From sequence record NC_047742.1: 41,510 bases of DNA, one strand, 5' to 3'. Both the position numbers and the translations under genes were made by a program. Below are positions 25,058 to 34,173 of the stretch, one piece after another (within the stretch, counting starts at the first letter, position 1; each line of letters opens with the position of its first letter). Source of the DNA: Enterobacteria phage IME_EC2. The notes under the pieces were generated by a model. The model saw nothing but the letters and a program-made list of their open reading frames with translations. It ran no database searches and had not been told where the DNA came from.

Positions 25058-26317
25058 TTACTGCTGGTTAGGCAGTACCAGGCCCACGTATTCCGGCACG
25101 AGGACGGAGCAACCGTAAAGCGTGGTGTAACGGCAGGTGGTCACGCCCGCGATGTGATCGAACGCGTAGGACATGATCAGAGTCGCGCCCTGTTTGGTGG
25201 TGGCTCGCATTACTTGCGGACCTTGACCAGTAGGGAACGCCAGATTACCGAACATCAGTTCCACGGAGCCGTCGGCCCACAGGATGTTAGCATTAGATGC
25301 CGTGTTGTTGATAACGGTCAGTTCCGCGCCGTTGGCGGCGTTCGCGTCCACGTTCGCGTAAGGGCGAGACGGCAGATCGGCGTTGTCCGGCGGCAGGATC
25401 TGAGGGGTGATCGTGATGTTGTTACCAGACACTCCCAGGACGCGGAACACTTGAGGGGTGTCCGTGGTGTCCTTGCTGATCATATGGACCATGTTCACGC
25501 CCGCGATGGTGAAGGCATCACCAGCGACCAGGCCGTGGGCTGCGGACACGGTGATCACGCCCTGGCGGTTATCGACCGGGAGATCGTTCGCGTCTTTCGC
25601 TTCGACTTTGTGAGCCGGAGCCGCTGCCAGGGTGATCGCTGCTGCGGAGCCAGCGCCCAGACGTGCGGAAATATCCGTCTCAAAGGACATGAAGCGAGCC
25701 ACGTCCGGGATCTGCGCCTTTTCGTATGCGGTCAGGGTTGCGCCCTGAGCATATGCGCGGGATCCGAGTTCTTTCGCCAGGAACTTGTTAGAGAACGAGT
25801 TCCAGAAGGCTTTTTTATTCGTACCCTGCGGGATGCCGATCGCGGTCATTTGTGCGCCGATCTGCGCTGCTGCGTCCCACAGGTCGCCGCCTAGCGTTCC
25901 GGTGCTGTTGTCGCCAGTGGTGGCGACGTGGGTCGCGTAACGCGCTGCGGTAGCGATCAGATCGGAGTCGATCTTCGCGGCTACGCGCTGGCCCGCTGCT
26001 CGGCCCATCTCTTTACGCTGCTCTGGGTCGCGCATTTCGCGAGCGTCCAGCTTAAAGAGAACGTTCTGAGGTTCTTTGAACACGGAAGGGACGAGGCGCT
26101 GGACGATATCGGTCCCGGCTTGTCCGGTCAGATCCAGACCTTCGATGATATCAGCGTGGTAACGCTGCGGACGGTGGATCACGTCCCCGGCGCGTTGCAT
26201 CGTCTGATCACCGGGGCGGAACTTCGCCGCGTTCTTCGACACGACGCAAGACGCCTCGAAGCTCTCCACATATTCCTCGAAAGCAATTTCGAGATCCTTC
26301 GCTAACTGGTTAGCCAT
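25058..26317 (-). CDS. major capsid (coat) protein, P22 gp5-like
   Basis: Aligns by eye with P22 coat (MQRAGDVIHRP versus MQRSSNTIWMP; YANVDANA...ILWADGSVEL versus YANVNTSL...NVFWADDAIRI); followed by strong terminator. Confidence 0.9.
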   Translation of the reverse strand: MANQLAKDLEIAFEEYVESFEASCVVSKNAAKFRPGDQTMQRAGDVIHRPQRYHADIIEGLDLTGQAGTDIVQRLVPSVFKEPQNVLFKLDAREMRDPEQRKEMGRAAGQRVAAKIDSDLIATAARYATHVATTGDNSTGTLGGDLWDAAAQIGAQMTAIGIPQGTNKKAFWNSFSNKFLAKELGSRAYAQGATLTAYEKAQIPDVARFMSFETDISARLGAGSAAAITLAAAPAHKVEAKDANDLPVDNRQGVITVSAAHGLVAGDAFTIAGVNMVHMISKDTTDTPQVFRVLGVSGNNITITPQILPPDNADLPSRPYANVDANAANGAELTVINNTASNANILWADGSVELMFGNLAFPTGQGPQVMRATTKQGATLIMSYAFDHIAGVTTCRYTTLYGCSVLVPEYVGLVLPNQQ

Positions 26318-26351
26318 TATCCTATCTCCACCGATGAGTGATTAATTTAGT

Positions 26352-27347
26352 TTACTTCTTTTCCCGCTTCTCTTTCGCCGCGAAGTATGCCGTATAATCC
26401 CCGGTTTCTTCGGCCTTCTTGCGAAGGGCTTCGAGTTGGCCCACGTTAGCGACTCCATTCTGGCCCTTAACGTCCGGCGTTTTGTTAAGCTGCTGCTTCG
26501 CCTTCGGTGCGGATCCCGCTCGGCTTTCAATATCGCGGATAAGATAGCCCAGCGCAATGTGATCGTTATTGTAAGCGTCCTCGACCTGTTTACGCAAATC
26601 AGCATTGCGTCCCAGTGCCATCACGAGCGCCGTCGGGTTCTGGCTGGTGATCATCAGGCCCGCCTGGAGTGGCTCCGGCAGTTCTGCGATCGCCGCTTCG
26701 GCCTTCTCAAATCCTGCGTACTTCTTGATCGCCTTTGCGCGTTCCGTCTGGTAGCGCGTCTGGCCTTCCTGGAATTTCTTCCCGAACGCTTCGCGCTTCG
26801 CTTCCTGCGCCGCCTGGTGCTGCTGGAAAGCTGCCTTATCCTCGGTCCACTTGTCCAGCGCTTCGGCGTACTTCTCCGGGTCCCAGTCGATCCCCTCGTC
26901 GCCCATTTCCGGCTTACGCGGCATGTCGGCGGGGATTTCCTGCGGATCCTTCTTCTGGGTGGATCCCTTAATCTGTTTTTTCTGCTCGCGAAGTTGAGCG
27001 CGGAGACGTTTCACCAGTTCGGTGTCGCCTTCCTGGTCGTCCTCGTCGGTCGGTTCAACGGTCACGGCTTTACCATCGAACAGGAACTCCTCCTCCTGAT
27101 CGTCGTCCTCGCCGTTCTCGCCTTCCTTCGTCTTAGGCTCGCCGTTTTCGTCCAGGTCCTGCTCGTCCGGGTCGGTGTCCGCGTTGCCGGGATCCTTCTC
27201 GTCCGGGTCGGTGTCTGGATTGTCGTCGGCGTTGTCGCCCTGCTGCCCTTGTTGAGCCTCATACGCCGCTGCGCCGCCGTCGCCGCCTCCCTGAGATCCG
27301 TCGTCGTGCTCTGCGTAATATTTCAAAAACATATTTCGGAATTTCAT
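26352..27347 (-). CDS. scaffolding protein (gp8 position)
   Basis: Immediately upstream of coat; highly acidic low-complexity N-terminal half and helical charged C-terminal half. Confidence 0.6.
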   Translation of the reverse strand: MKFRNMFLKYYAEHDDGSQGGGDGGAAAYEAQQGQQGDNADDNPDTDPDEKDPGNADTDPDEQDLDENGEPKTKEGENGEDDDQEEEFLFDGKAVTVEPTDEDDQEGDTELVKRLRAQLREQKKQIKGSTQKKDPQEIPADMPRKPEMGDEGIDWDPEKYAEALDKWTEDKAAFQQHQAAQEAKREAFGKKFQEGQTRYQTERAKAIKKYAGFEKAEAAIAELPEPLQAGLMITSQNPTALVMALGRNADLRKQVEDAYNNDHIALGYLIRDIESRAGSAPKAKQQLNKTPDVKGQNGVANVGQLEALRKKAEETGDYTAYFAAKEKREKK

Positions 27348-27473
27348 TGTAGATCCTCGTTTGTTGCATACGCGATGTTTTCGCCCATCGGTGGCGGGTG
27401 TAAGTTTAAGCGAGGACGGCGGGAAAATGCAAACAGGGGAGATCGCGATTAACGATCCCCCCAGTGTGGCGGG

Positions 27474-27740
27474 TTATTTCGTGGCGGCTCTTACGACCTG
27501 CTGGGAGAGGTAGAGCGCCTCGTGATGCGGTGGAACCGAAGCGGGGATCACGTAGTACAGCGCGACGTCTCCCCCGTCCTTCTCGAAGCCGTGGATCCTC
27601 TCACTGGCTACGATTCGCCAGCGGTTCCCCTCTGGCCCGGTCAGGAAGCCGTCCAGGTCGTGGAGTTCCGTCTCCACCTGGGCCAGCTTCGCGAGGGATG
27701 CGACTCCCCCGCTCGGAAAGGCTAAATAGTGATGTTTCAT
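27474..27740 (-). CDS. hypothetical protein (88 aa)
   Basis: ORF track; ATGA overlap with upstream gene. Confidence 0.5.
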   Translation of the reverse strand: MKHHYLAFPSGGVASLAKLAQVETELHDLDGFLTGPEGNRWRIVASERIHGFEKDGGDVALYYVIPASVPPHHEALYLSQQVVRAATK

Positions 27741-28173
27741 ACGATCTCGGCGTCCTCCACGTCGTCGTCTTTGCGCGGGTTGACTTCTTTCGCGCTGTCG
27801 GCTGCTGCCACGTAGTCGCCCTCGATCGGGCCTTTGTAGGTCAGTTGTTTGATGCTCGCGATATCGGCGAGGAGTTTCTGTTCCTGCATGTAGAAGTTAG
27901 CGCGGAGTGACTGGAGGCCAGTCTCCAGCAGTGGGAGAGCCAGTTCCGCGATGCGCTCGGCGGTCGGCTCGGTGTAGACGATCTCGATCTCACGAGTTTC
28001 TAACAGGACCATAGCCGGGTCCGTGTTGTCCTTGATGTGCTTCTCCACGCTGTACAGGTCGCCCAGGTCGTGGTCGGAGACGTAAGTCTCCCCGCGCTTG
28101 TAGAAGCTGGAGCGTGTACCGTCCGCGACGCACAGGCAAATGAATTGTTTTTGATGTAAGTTTTAGTAGTCAT
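27737..28173 (-). CDS. hypothetical protein, apparent frame change near 28140 (A5 run)
   Basis: ATG at 28173 with SD opens a frame (MTTKTYIKN) that turns junk-like; the -1 frame is protein-like and continues into ORF 27737..28048, which has no good start of its own. Confidence 0.4.
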
Positions 28174-28248
28174 TTTGTAGTCTCTCTGGTCAGTGGCGGG
28201 GACCATTCCCCGCCGACACAATCAATATAACATTTGATAATCTGGGCG

Positions 28249-28267
28249 TTTTAGCAATTCGTGCTAT
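28249..28267 (-). promoter_or_regulatory. Promoter-like dyad copy 4 (ATAGCACGAATTGCTAAAA on minus strand), TATATT 22 bp downstream
   Basis: Read directly; followed by conserved leader hairpin GGCGGGG-AATGGT-CCCCGCC and SD. Confidence 0.5.
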
Positions 28268-28680
28268 TTGGCGCGAGCGCCGATCATGGCTTGCCAGGTA
28301 AACACGACCGTATCGGAAAGAAGCTCGTCCACGCCTTCCTCCGCCATCTGCTCGTAAAGTCCATCGAGAGCGCCGGGGATCTGTTCCCAAAGGGCTTTAC
28401 GTCCGGCCTCGATCTGCTCCGCCGTCGGCTGGAGTTCCACCTCGATCGGAGCGGGTTCGACCTCTCCCGCCTTCACCTGCGGCTCCGCGTTGGTCATGAG
28501 TTCCGAAGCGCGAGCGCCGACCAGCGCCAGCGCCAGGCCATACGCCGCCAGATCCTCCTCGGTCGGCTGCTGGATGAAGCGAGCCGCCAGACGCGCCTCG
28601 TGTGCCTTCACTTTGTCGAGGATCCCCATCTCGTCGGCCTGAGCCAGAAGAACGGCGCGGATTACTTTTTCCTGGTTCAT
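28264..28680 (-). CDS. hypothetical protein (138 aa, acidic)
   Basis: ORF track. Confidence 0.5.
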   Translation of the reverse strand: MNQEKVIRAVLLAQADEMGILDKVKAHEARLAARFIQQPTEEDLAAYGLALALVGARASELMTNAEPQVKAGEVEPAPIEVELQPTAEQIEAGRKALWEQIPGALDGLYEQMAEEGVDELLSDTVVFTWQAMIGARAK

Positions 28681-28898
28681 GCGTAAGCCCCTTCGAATTG
28701 TGCGATCGACATTGGCGAGTAATACAGATTTAACTCGTACCCACAGATCCGCCCGTCTGGGCCGTTGATCGGCTCGCGGACTTTGACCTCCACGCGGCGC
28801 TCGTTGTCCGGGAACTCCGTCACGCTCACGATGTTACGGACCGGGAGGAGATACTTTTCCCCGGCGGCGTCTTTGACTGCTATCAGTGATCGGGCCAT
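28677..28898 (-). CDS. hypothetical protein (73 aa)
   Basis: ORF track; ATGA overlap with next gene. Confidence 0.5.
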   Translation of the reverse strand: MARSLIAVKDAAGEKYLLPVRNIVSVTEFPDNERRVEVKVREPINGPDGRICGYELNLYYSPMSIAQFEGAYA

Positions 28899-28993
28899 TC
28901 AAAACTCCTTTGTAATGGTTTAGTGATGTGTCGAGGCAAAGAATAGCCCGGACTTGCCGGGCTTGTCTTTAGCTTTTCGTGCGGTCCGACCAG

Positions 28994-31231
28994 TTACAGG
29001 CCAGCGAGTCCTAACTGGCGATCGGCGGACTGCTGCGCCTGGCGTTCTGCCATCTCGCGAGCGTTCCGATCCTCCTGCTGGTTGTGGCCTTGCCCCTGAG
29101 CCTTGAGGAACAGATCCGCCTGTTTGTGGGCGTCGCTGTTCTGCTGGCTCACGTACTTCTGGAGGACGGCGATCGCGTTCATTAGCTGATCCTGCGGGAT
29201 AGCCGCCGCCTCTGCCATCGTCTTGACCGTCTGCGCCTGTTTCAGATTGCCGTCGGACGCGGTGCTCTGCGCCTTGAGTTGCAATTCTAAGCGCTTGTTC
29301 TCCTGCTCCATCACTGCGGCCTGTCCCTGCTGCGCTACGCCCTGAGCGGCTACCATCTCCGGGTTTTCCTGCTGCTGGGCCGCTTGCTGGGCCTGTTGAA
29401 CAAGGGCTTTTTCTTCGTCCGTCTGCGGCTTAATGATGCCATTCAGGAGAAGCTGGCGGCGGCTGTACTCTTTGAAGTCCTGCAAGCCTTCGCCGTCCAT
29501 GTTCATGATGATCAGGCCCATGACTACGGCGGCGTTCGGGTCGCCTGGTGCCATCGACTGGAGGAGCGTCGTCAGGCTGCGGACGGTTGCGGTCCGTTTG
29601 GTGCTGCTGGACTCACCCACATCGGCCTCGACCTCATATTTCCCGCGTTTCAGGTCGTTAATCGCGATCGCCTCGTCCGTGTCGCGGTCGATCACTTTCC
29701 CGGTCATTAACACGAGATCGTCGGTCCCGTCCTCGTTCTTGATTCGGACGTAGTTCTCCGAGCCGTAGACCTTGCGGGCCGCGCTGAGGTAAACACGCCC
29801 GCAATGGCGGAGGGTTTTCCCCAGGTTGTCCATGTAGAGAGCGCCCTGTCCGTCCATACGGGCGAAAATGGCCTCCACGGTTTCGGTCGCAAGGTTCGAC
29901 GGAAGGGCCTCGACCTGGGAGGATCCGACGATCTGCTGGATAGTGCTCCCGGTGTACTGAAGGACCGCCGCCAGCGCTGGAGAGAGCGGAGTCGATGGCG
30001 TGTAACCCAGTGGCCCGGCTTGCTGCACGACCTCACCAGCGGCATTACGGAGCGATTTCGCGGGCAAGTATGCCGGGCGTTTCGTGTTACGTTCCCCCCA
30101 GGCGTCCGCCAGCTTGCCGGGAATCATGTCGATATCCATGATCGGGATGTTATCGCCGCCAGACTGCGCGGCCTGGTCCGCCATCATGGACACGATCAGG
30201 TTTTCCAGACGTTGCGCGTCGAGGGCCTGGGTCGCGTGACCGCTTACGCGCTCCATGTTGTCGATAAACGAGCGGCGGGCGTTGAACACGAAGATCGGGA
30301 TCCATTCGAACGGGATCAGCTTCGGCTCCTCGATCCATTCACCGCCGGACATAAGGCCGCAATAGACCTTACGGCGTTTCACTTTGCGGTCCTTCTGGCG
30401 CTCCCAGCCTCCGGCCTTAAGCTCGTCCTCGATCTGCTCGATCTCGTCCTCGTCGTACACCTCCACGTCCCCGGTGAGTGGGTTCTTATAGGAGATCACG
30501 GTGGTGTCCTCGATCTTCACCTCGTAGTAACGCGCCAGGTAGATCGCGTCCTTCGTGGCCCAGTCGAATTGTTTCCCGGTGTCCATCGCCAGCAGGTCCT
30601 CCGGGGCGAGCGCGTCGGGATATTTCTCCTCGTACTTGTCCGGGGTCATGCTGAATAGCTCCGCCATCCACATGGCATCCGAACGATCGTACATTTTGGA
30701 GTCCTGATCGATAAACAGGCACGAGGCCGGATCATAGATCGGATAAAAGACAATATGCCGGGCCTCGTTGTCCGGGTCGAACTCGTCCTCCAGTTCGGTG
30801 TCCATGCGGAAAGCGCCCATTCCGCCCGTCACGCCGTCGTCGTAGGTATTGTCCACGGACTCCGGCCCGTTCGACTCCTGGAAGTCGGCGCGGAACTTGC
30901 CGTTTAACTTGTCCGCCAGTTCTTCGGAGGCCTGGGTGTCCTTCGGGCGGAAAGTAACATTGATGCGGTTCAGTCGGTAGTCGGTGATAATGCGATCCAC
31001 CTCGCGCCCGACCTTGTTAAGCTCGAATCGAGGGTATTTCTGGAATCGTTCATCATCCATCGCAAAGCCGGAGTTCGTCGATCCTTCCCATTGTGCGCCC
31101 GGAATGCGGACGAAACGGGCCGTTTCGATCATCTTCTTACGACTGGACTCCTCGCTCCCGATCGCGGCGCTTAACTTATTACGTGCGCATTCCTGCCAGT
31201 TCTGCGCCTTCTTCGTTGCTCGTGCCATCAT
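28994..31231 (-). CDS. portal protein, P22 gp1-like
   Basis: Aligns by eye with P22 portal (YYEV, VKRRKVY versus IKRRRVY, PEMVAAQGVAQQGQAAV versus PAMVQAQGVLLQGQAEL); Gln-rich C-terminal barrel region. Confidence 0.9.
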   Translation of the reverse strand: MMARATKKAQNWQECARNKLSAAIGSEESSRKKMIETARFVRIPGAQWEGSTNSGFAMDDERFQKYPRFELNKVGREVDRIITDYRLNRINVTFRPKDTQASEELADKLNGKFRADFQESNGPESVDNTYDDGVTGGMGAFRMDTELEDEFDPDNEARHIVFYPIYDPASCLFIDQDSKMYDRSDAMWMAELFSMTPDKYEEKYPDALAPEDLLAMDTGKQFDWATKDAIYLARYYEVKIEDTTVISYKNPLTGDVEVYDEDEIEQIEDELKAGGWERQKDRKVKRRKVYCGLMSGGEWIEEPKLIPFEWIPIFVFNARRSFIDNMERVSGHATQALDAQRLENLIVSMMADQAAQSGGDNIPIMDIDMIPGKLADAWGERNTKRPAYLPAKSLRNAAGEVVQQAGPLGYTPSTPLSPALAAVLQYTGSTIQQIVGSSQVEALPSNLATETVEAIFARMDGQGALYMDNLGKTLRHCGRVYLSAARKVYGSENYVRIKNEDGTDDLVLMTGKVIDRDTDEAIAINDLKRGKYEVEADVGESSSTKRTATVRSLTTLLQSMAPGDPNAAVVMGLIIMNMDGEGLQDFKEYSRRQLLLNGIIKPQTDEEKALVQQAQQAAQQQENPEMVAAQGVAQQGQAAVMEQENKRLELQLKAQSTASDGNLKQAQTVKTMAEAAAIPQDQLMNAIAVLQKYVSQQNSDAHKQADLFLKAQGQGHNQQEDRNAREMAERQAQQSADRQLGLAGL

Positions 31232-31246
31232 AATCTCCGGTATGGG

Positions 31247-32869
31247 TTAGCGGTTGCTCGGCACATTATAGCCGGAATAATCTTCATCTTTCGAGCGCTC
31301 CGGCGGTTGCATCAGCATACACAATACATCAGCCATGCCCGGAGACTTCATTTTCAGCTTAGTGCGCATCTGCGGCTTAGGCATACGCGCAAATTTCCCG
31401 TTGGTGTTGTAAATACGCGGAATGCGGCACACTTCGGCGCGGAGTTTGGCCATATGCTCCCCGATCCCCTCGCTGTCCAGGCTGATCAGGTCGTCCGGGT
31501 TGTGATAGACGCCCTTCACCACGGCCTCGTAAGTCCTTTCGAAGCGCTTCCGTAACAGGTAGATATCCTGGGAGCCACGGTTCGCGAAAGCGTCGATATT
31601 CTTCTGAATGTTGTCGCCCTTCGCCTTGTTGTTGAGCCAGTGATCCAGCTCCACAGGGTTGTCCGGGAACTTCACGCCGTCCCCGGCGTTGTAGCCATCT
31701 ACGAGGACGTTCGTCCCGGCGTATGAGTCCGTAACCTGGCGGCGGAGGCCAGCGCCCAGTCCGGCGCGGTCCCACACGAACGCCTCGATCCCGTGGTCCT
31801 TCGCCGTGTTGATCGCCTTGTCTACGGAGTCGTTCGCGTCCCCTTCGAACCATTCCTCCATATGGGTGACGACGGAGCCGAAGCGCTCGCCATATGCCTT
31901 GTTATCCGCCCCGACGTCCGCCGGGTCGAGTGCGCCGATCCTCATGCCGGACGGCTTGAATCCGAGTTTCTTGTGGGCGTCGATCGCCGCGTCGAACCAT
32001 TCCGCCGGGATAATCGCATCCGGTACGGAGTCGTTAAACATCCCGCCCCATACGTGATCAAACAGCGCTTTCGAGAGGGTTACGCGGTCGAACTCCATCT
32101 CCGATCGAAGCTCTGGGGGGAACCACGGATTATCTTCCCAGTTCACGCGGATAATCAGGTGGAGATCGTCCTCGTAAATGCCGTCCCGCTGGAGATCCTC
32201 CCAGAATGGAATGAGAAAACGCTGAGAAAACGCATCCTCCGAGGAGCCGGGGTTCGCGGTGAATAGCATCATGCCGCCCGTTTCGCGCATGGTCGGCGTA
32301 AGCTGGCGGAGAGACTCGGCGGAAAAGGTCTGCGCCTCCTCGCCCCAGAAGCGACGGAAGCCGAACGCGGACTTAACGCCCGCCGGGTCCCTGGCCATCC
32401 CCTTAAATCGGATGATCGCGCCGTTGGAGTGGCGGATCTCCTTCTCCAGTACCTCGAAGCCGTCCAGCCCGTAAGCCTCGATCCGGTTGACGAGGAGCGG
32501 GTGGACTGAATCCTTGATCGATGCCTGATACTCACGGAGACACATCGCGCTCGCTGCCTCGTCGTGGGCGTCCGCGTCGATGATCCCGCCGACGGTGAGC
32601 GACTTCCCGGAGCCACGGCCCCCGACCAGGATAATAAAGCGCTTAGGACGGAGGAGGATCGGGGTCAGACACTCCGCGATCGTAATGTCGTGCGGCTCGG
32701 AGGTGTAGATCCACTCTCCGTTAACCTTCTTCATGTTGTAGCAGTGCTTGGCGCTGGTCCCGTCCGGCTCATAGACGCCATAGACCAGCCCGCCGTCTCG
32801 TGCGACGTAAGCGGCCCGCCCCTCCAGGCGAGCCAGTCGATCGAGGTTATCCTTTCGATTTTTTGCCAT
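31247..32869 (-). CDS. terL: terminase large subunit
   Basis: Walker A VGGRGSGKS; position directly upstream of portal; N-terminal 45 aa may be an extension (start uncertain). Confidence 0.85.
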   Translation of the reverse strand: MAKNRKDNLDRLARLEGRAAYVARDGGLVYGVYEPDGTSAKHCYNMKKVNGEWIYTSEPHDITIAECLTPILLRPKRFIILVGGRGSGKSLTVGGIIDADAHDEAASAMCLREYQASIKDSVHPLLVNRIEAYGLDGFEVLEKEIRHSNGAIIRFKGMARDPAGVKSAFGFRRFWGEEAQTFSAESLRQLTPTMRETGGMMLFTANPGSSEDAFSQRFLIPFWEDLQRDGIYEDDLHLIIRVNWEDNPWFPPELRSEMEFDRVTLSKALFDHVWGGMFNDSVPDAIIPAEWFDAAIDAHKKLGFKPSGMRIGALDPADVGADNKAYGERFGSVVTHMEEWFEGDANDSVDKAINTAKDHGIEAFVWDRAGLGAGLRRQVTDSYAGTNVLVDGYNAGDGVKFPDNPVELDHWLNNKAKGDNIQKNIDAFANRGSQDIYLLRKRFERTYEAVVKGVYHNPDDLISLDSEGIGEHMAKLRAEVCRIPRIYNTNGKFARMPKPQMRTKLKMKSPGMADVLCMLMQPPERSKDEDYSGYNVPSNR

Positions 32870-33278
32870 AGCCCAGATCCCCGAAGGTCTGCTCCATCAT
32901 GTTAAACAGCCAGCCCACGAAGTACGCCTCCGGCTCGTCGTTGTTCGGGTCCCACTCGATCCCCAGCGTGTCGCCGATGTAGTTCTTAACGTGGACGATC
33001 TCGTGTGCGATCGTGGTCCGCCAGTATTGGCCCCGGCGGACGCCCACGAACACCAGCTTAACGTCGGCGGCGTGGTACTCAATGGCGACGCCCTGCTGGA
33101 TCTCCTTCTCCCGGCTCCAGTCGGGGAAGCATTCGCCCAGCTTCGCCACCATCTCCTCGTCCTGCGGGTCAAAGCACACGATAAAGTAAGGGTAAGGGGA
33201 CGCCGTGAACCATTTCAGGCCCAGCGCCTCCAGTCTGCCGTAAGTGTCCGGCGGTAGCTTATTCTTTTGATTCGCCAT
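32847..33278 (-). CDS. HExxH-motif protein (putative zinc metallopeptidase-like), 143 aa
   Basis: TIAHEIVHVKNY contains HExxH; GGAGG SD; overlaps both flanking terminase genes by about 20 nt. Confidence 0.5.
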   Translation of the reverse strand: MANQKNKLPPDTYGRLEALGLKWFTASPYPYFIVCFDPQDEEMVAKLGECFPDWSREKEIQQGVAIEYHAADVKLVFVGVRRGQYWRTTIAHEIVHVKNYIGDTLGIEWDPNNDEPEAYFVGWLFNMMEQTFGDLGYGKKSKG

Positions 33279-33810
33279 TCAGTCGGGCCTCCAGTGCGTC
33301 CAGACGTTTGACCATCTCGGACATTTCGAACACTTCCGCGCCGTGGCGGATCATCTTCACCATTGCCTCCGCCGCGTCGAACGGTAGCTCCCCATTCGCC
33401 ACCAGGTCCTCGATCTCGGTGATGCGCTCGGACGGGGTTGATCCGGTCAGTTCAAAGCAATAGGTCGGGCTGGTGGGCTTCGTGTAGGGAATGAGTCGGC
33501 TCATGATATCGCGCATCATTCCGCCGTCTACGAGGGCCATCTGGATCGCCCGCTGGATAAACATTTCCTCCGTGAGCGGGACCTCCACATATTCGTCCAC
33601 CATGATCGGCTCGCCCGTTTCGCTGTTCAGCTTCACCTCGCCAGTGTCGGGATCGATATCCTCAATTCTGCGCCCGGTCGCTTCCTTAACGCGTACTTTT
33701 CGGAGGGCTTCGAGGAGTAAGGTCCGGTTCTGCTTGGCCCTCCCGCGTCGCTCTGGCTGGTTGTCTTTGGAGAACTTGTTCCCCTTTTTTAAATTCTGCT
33801 CGTTAGCCAC
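33259..33810 (-). CDS. terS: terminase small subunit (by position)
   Basis: Basic N-terminus, acidic C-terminus; directly upstream of terL; GTG start with GGAGGA SD; no sequence match to P22 gp3 recognised. Confidence 0.5.
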   Translation of the reverse strand: MANEQNLKKGNKFSKDNQPERRGRAKQNRTLLLEALRKVRVKEATGRRIEDIDPDTGEVKLNSETGEPIMVDEYVEVPLTEEMFIQRAIQMALVDGGMMRDIMSRLIPYTKPTSPTYCFELTGSTPSERITEIEDLVANGELPFDAAEAMVKMIRHGAEVFEMSEMVKRLDALEARLNGESKE

Positions 33811-33814
33811 AAAA

Positions 33815-33860
33815 AATCCTCCGGTTATCGCCTGAGTGTCACAGGGTTACGCGGAGGATT
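33815..33860 (-). promoter_or_regulatory. SD-sequestering stem-loop upstream of terS (AAUCCUCCG ... CGGAGGAUU followed by U6)
   Basis: 9-bp inverted repeat whose 3' arm contains the terS GGAGGA SD; U-run between hairpin and GTG start. Confidence 0.45.
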
Positions 33861-33882
33861 ATCGGCGGTTACGGAAGCGTGA

Positions 33883-34173
33883 TCAAGTCCGCTTAAACGA
33901 GAGATCCGGGCATAGGTGCATATTCTCGGCGGTGATAGGCCAGGGGCTTACGGGATGGTTAAACGCCTGGACGTCGCGCTTTTTGGCGATGTAGCCCCGG
34001 CTCTTGCCCTTCGGCTCCGTCAGGCTGGCGCACATGATGCAAGCGCCGTTTGACGTGTACCGGGTGAAGTTGCCCGCGTGGATCTTGCACTCCGGGCCGC
34101 GATACAGTTTAGCCTTTATCAGCCGGGCCTCCGCCTTGCTGCGGGCGACGGTGCGCCCCTTGTCGATCGCCAT
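33883..34173 (-). CDS. Cys-containing small protein (96 aa, C-x2-H ... C-x2-C)
   Basis: ORF track; possible zinc ribbon. Confidence 0.45.
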   Translation of the reverse strand: MAIDKGRTVARSKAEARLIKAKLYRGPECKIHAGNFTRYTSNGACIMCASLTEPKGKSRGYIAKKRDVQAFNHPVSPWPITAENMHLCPDLSFKRT

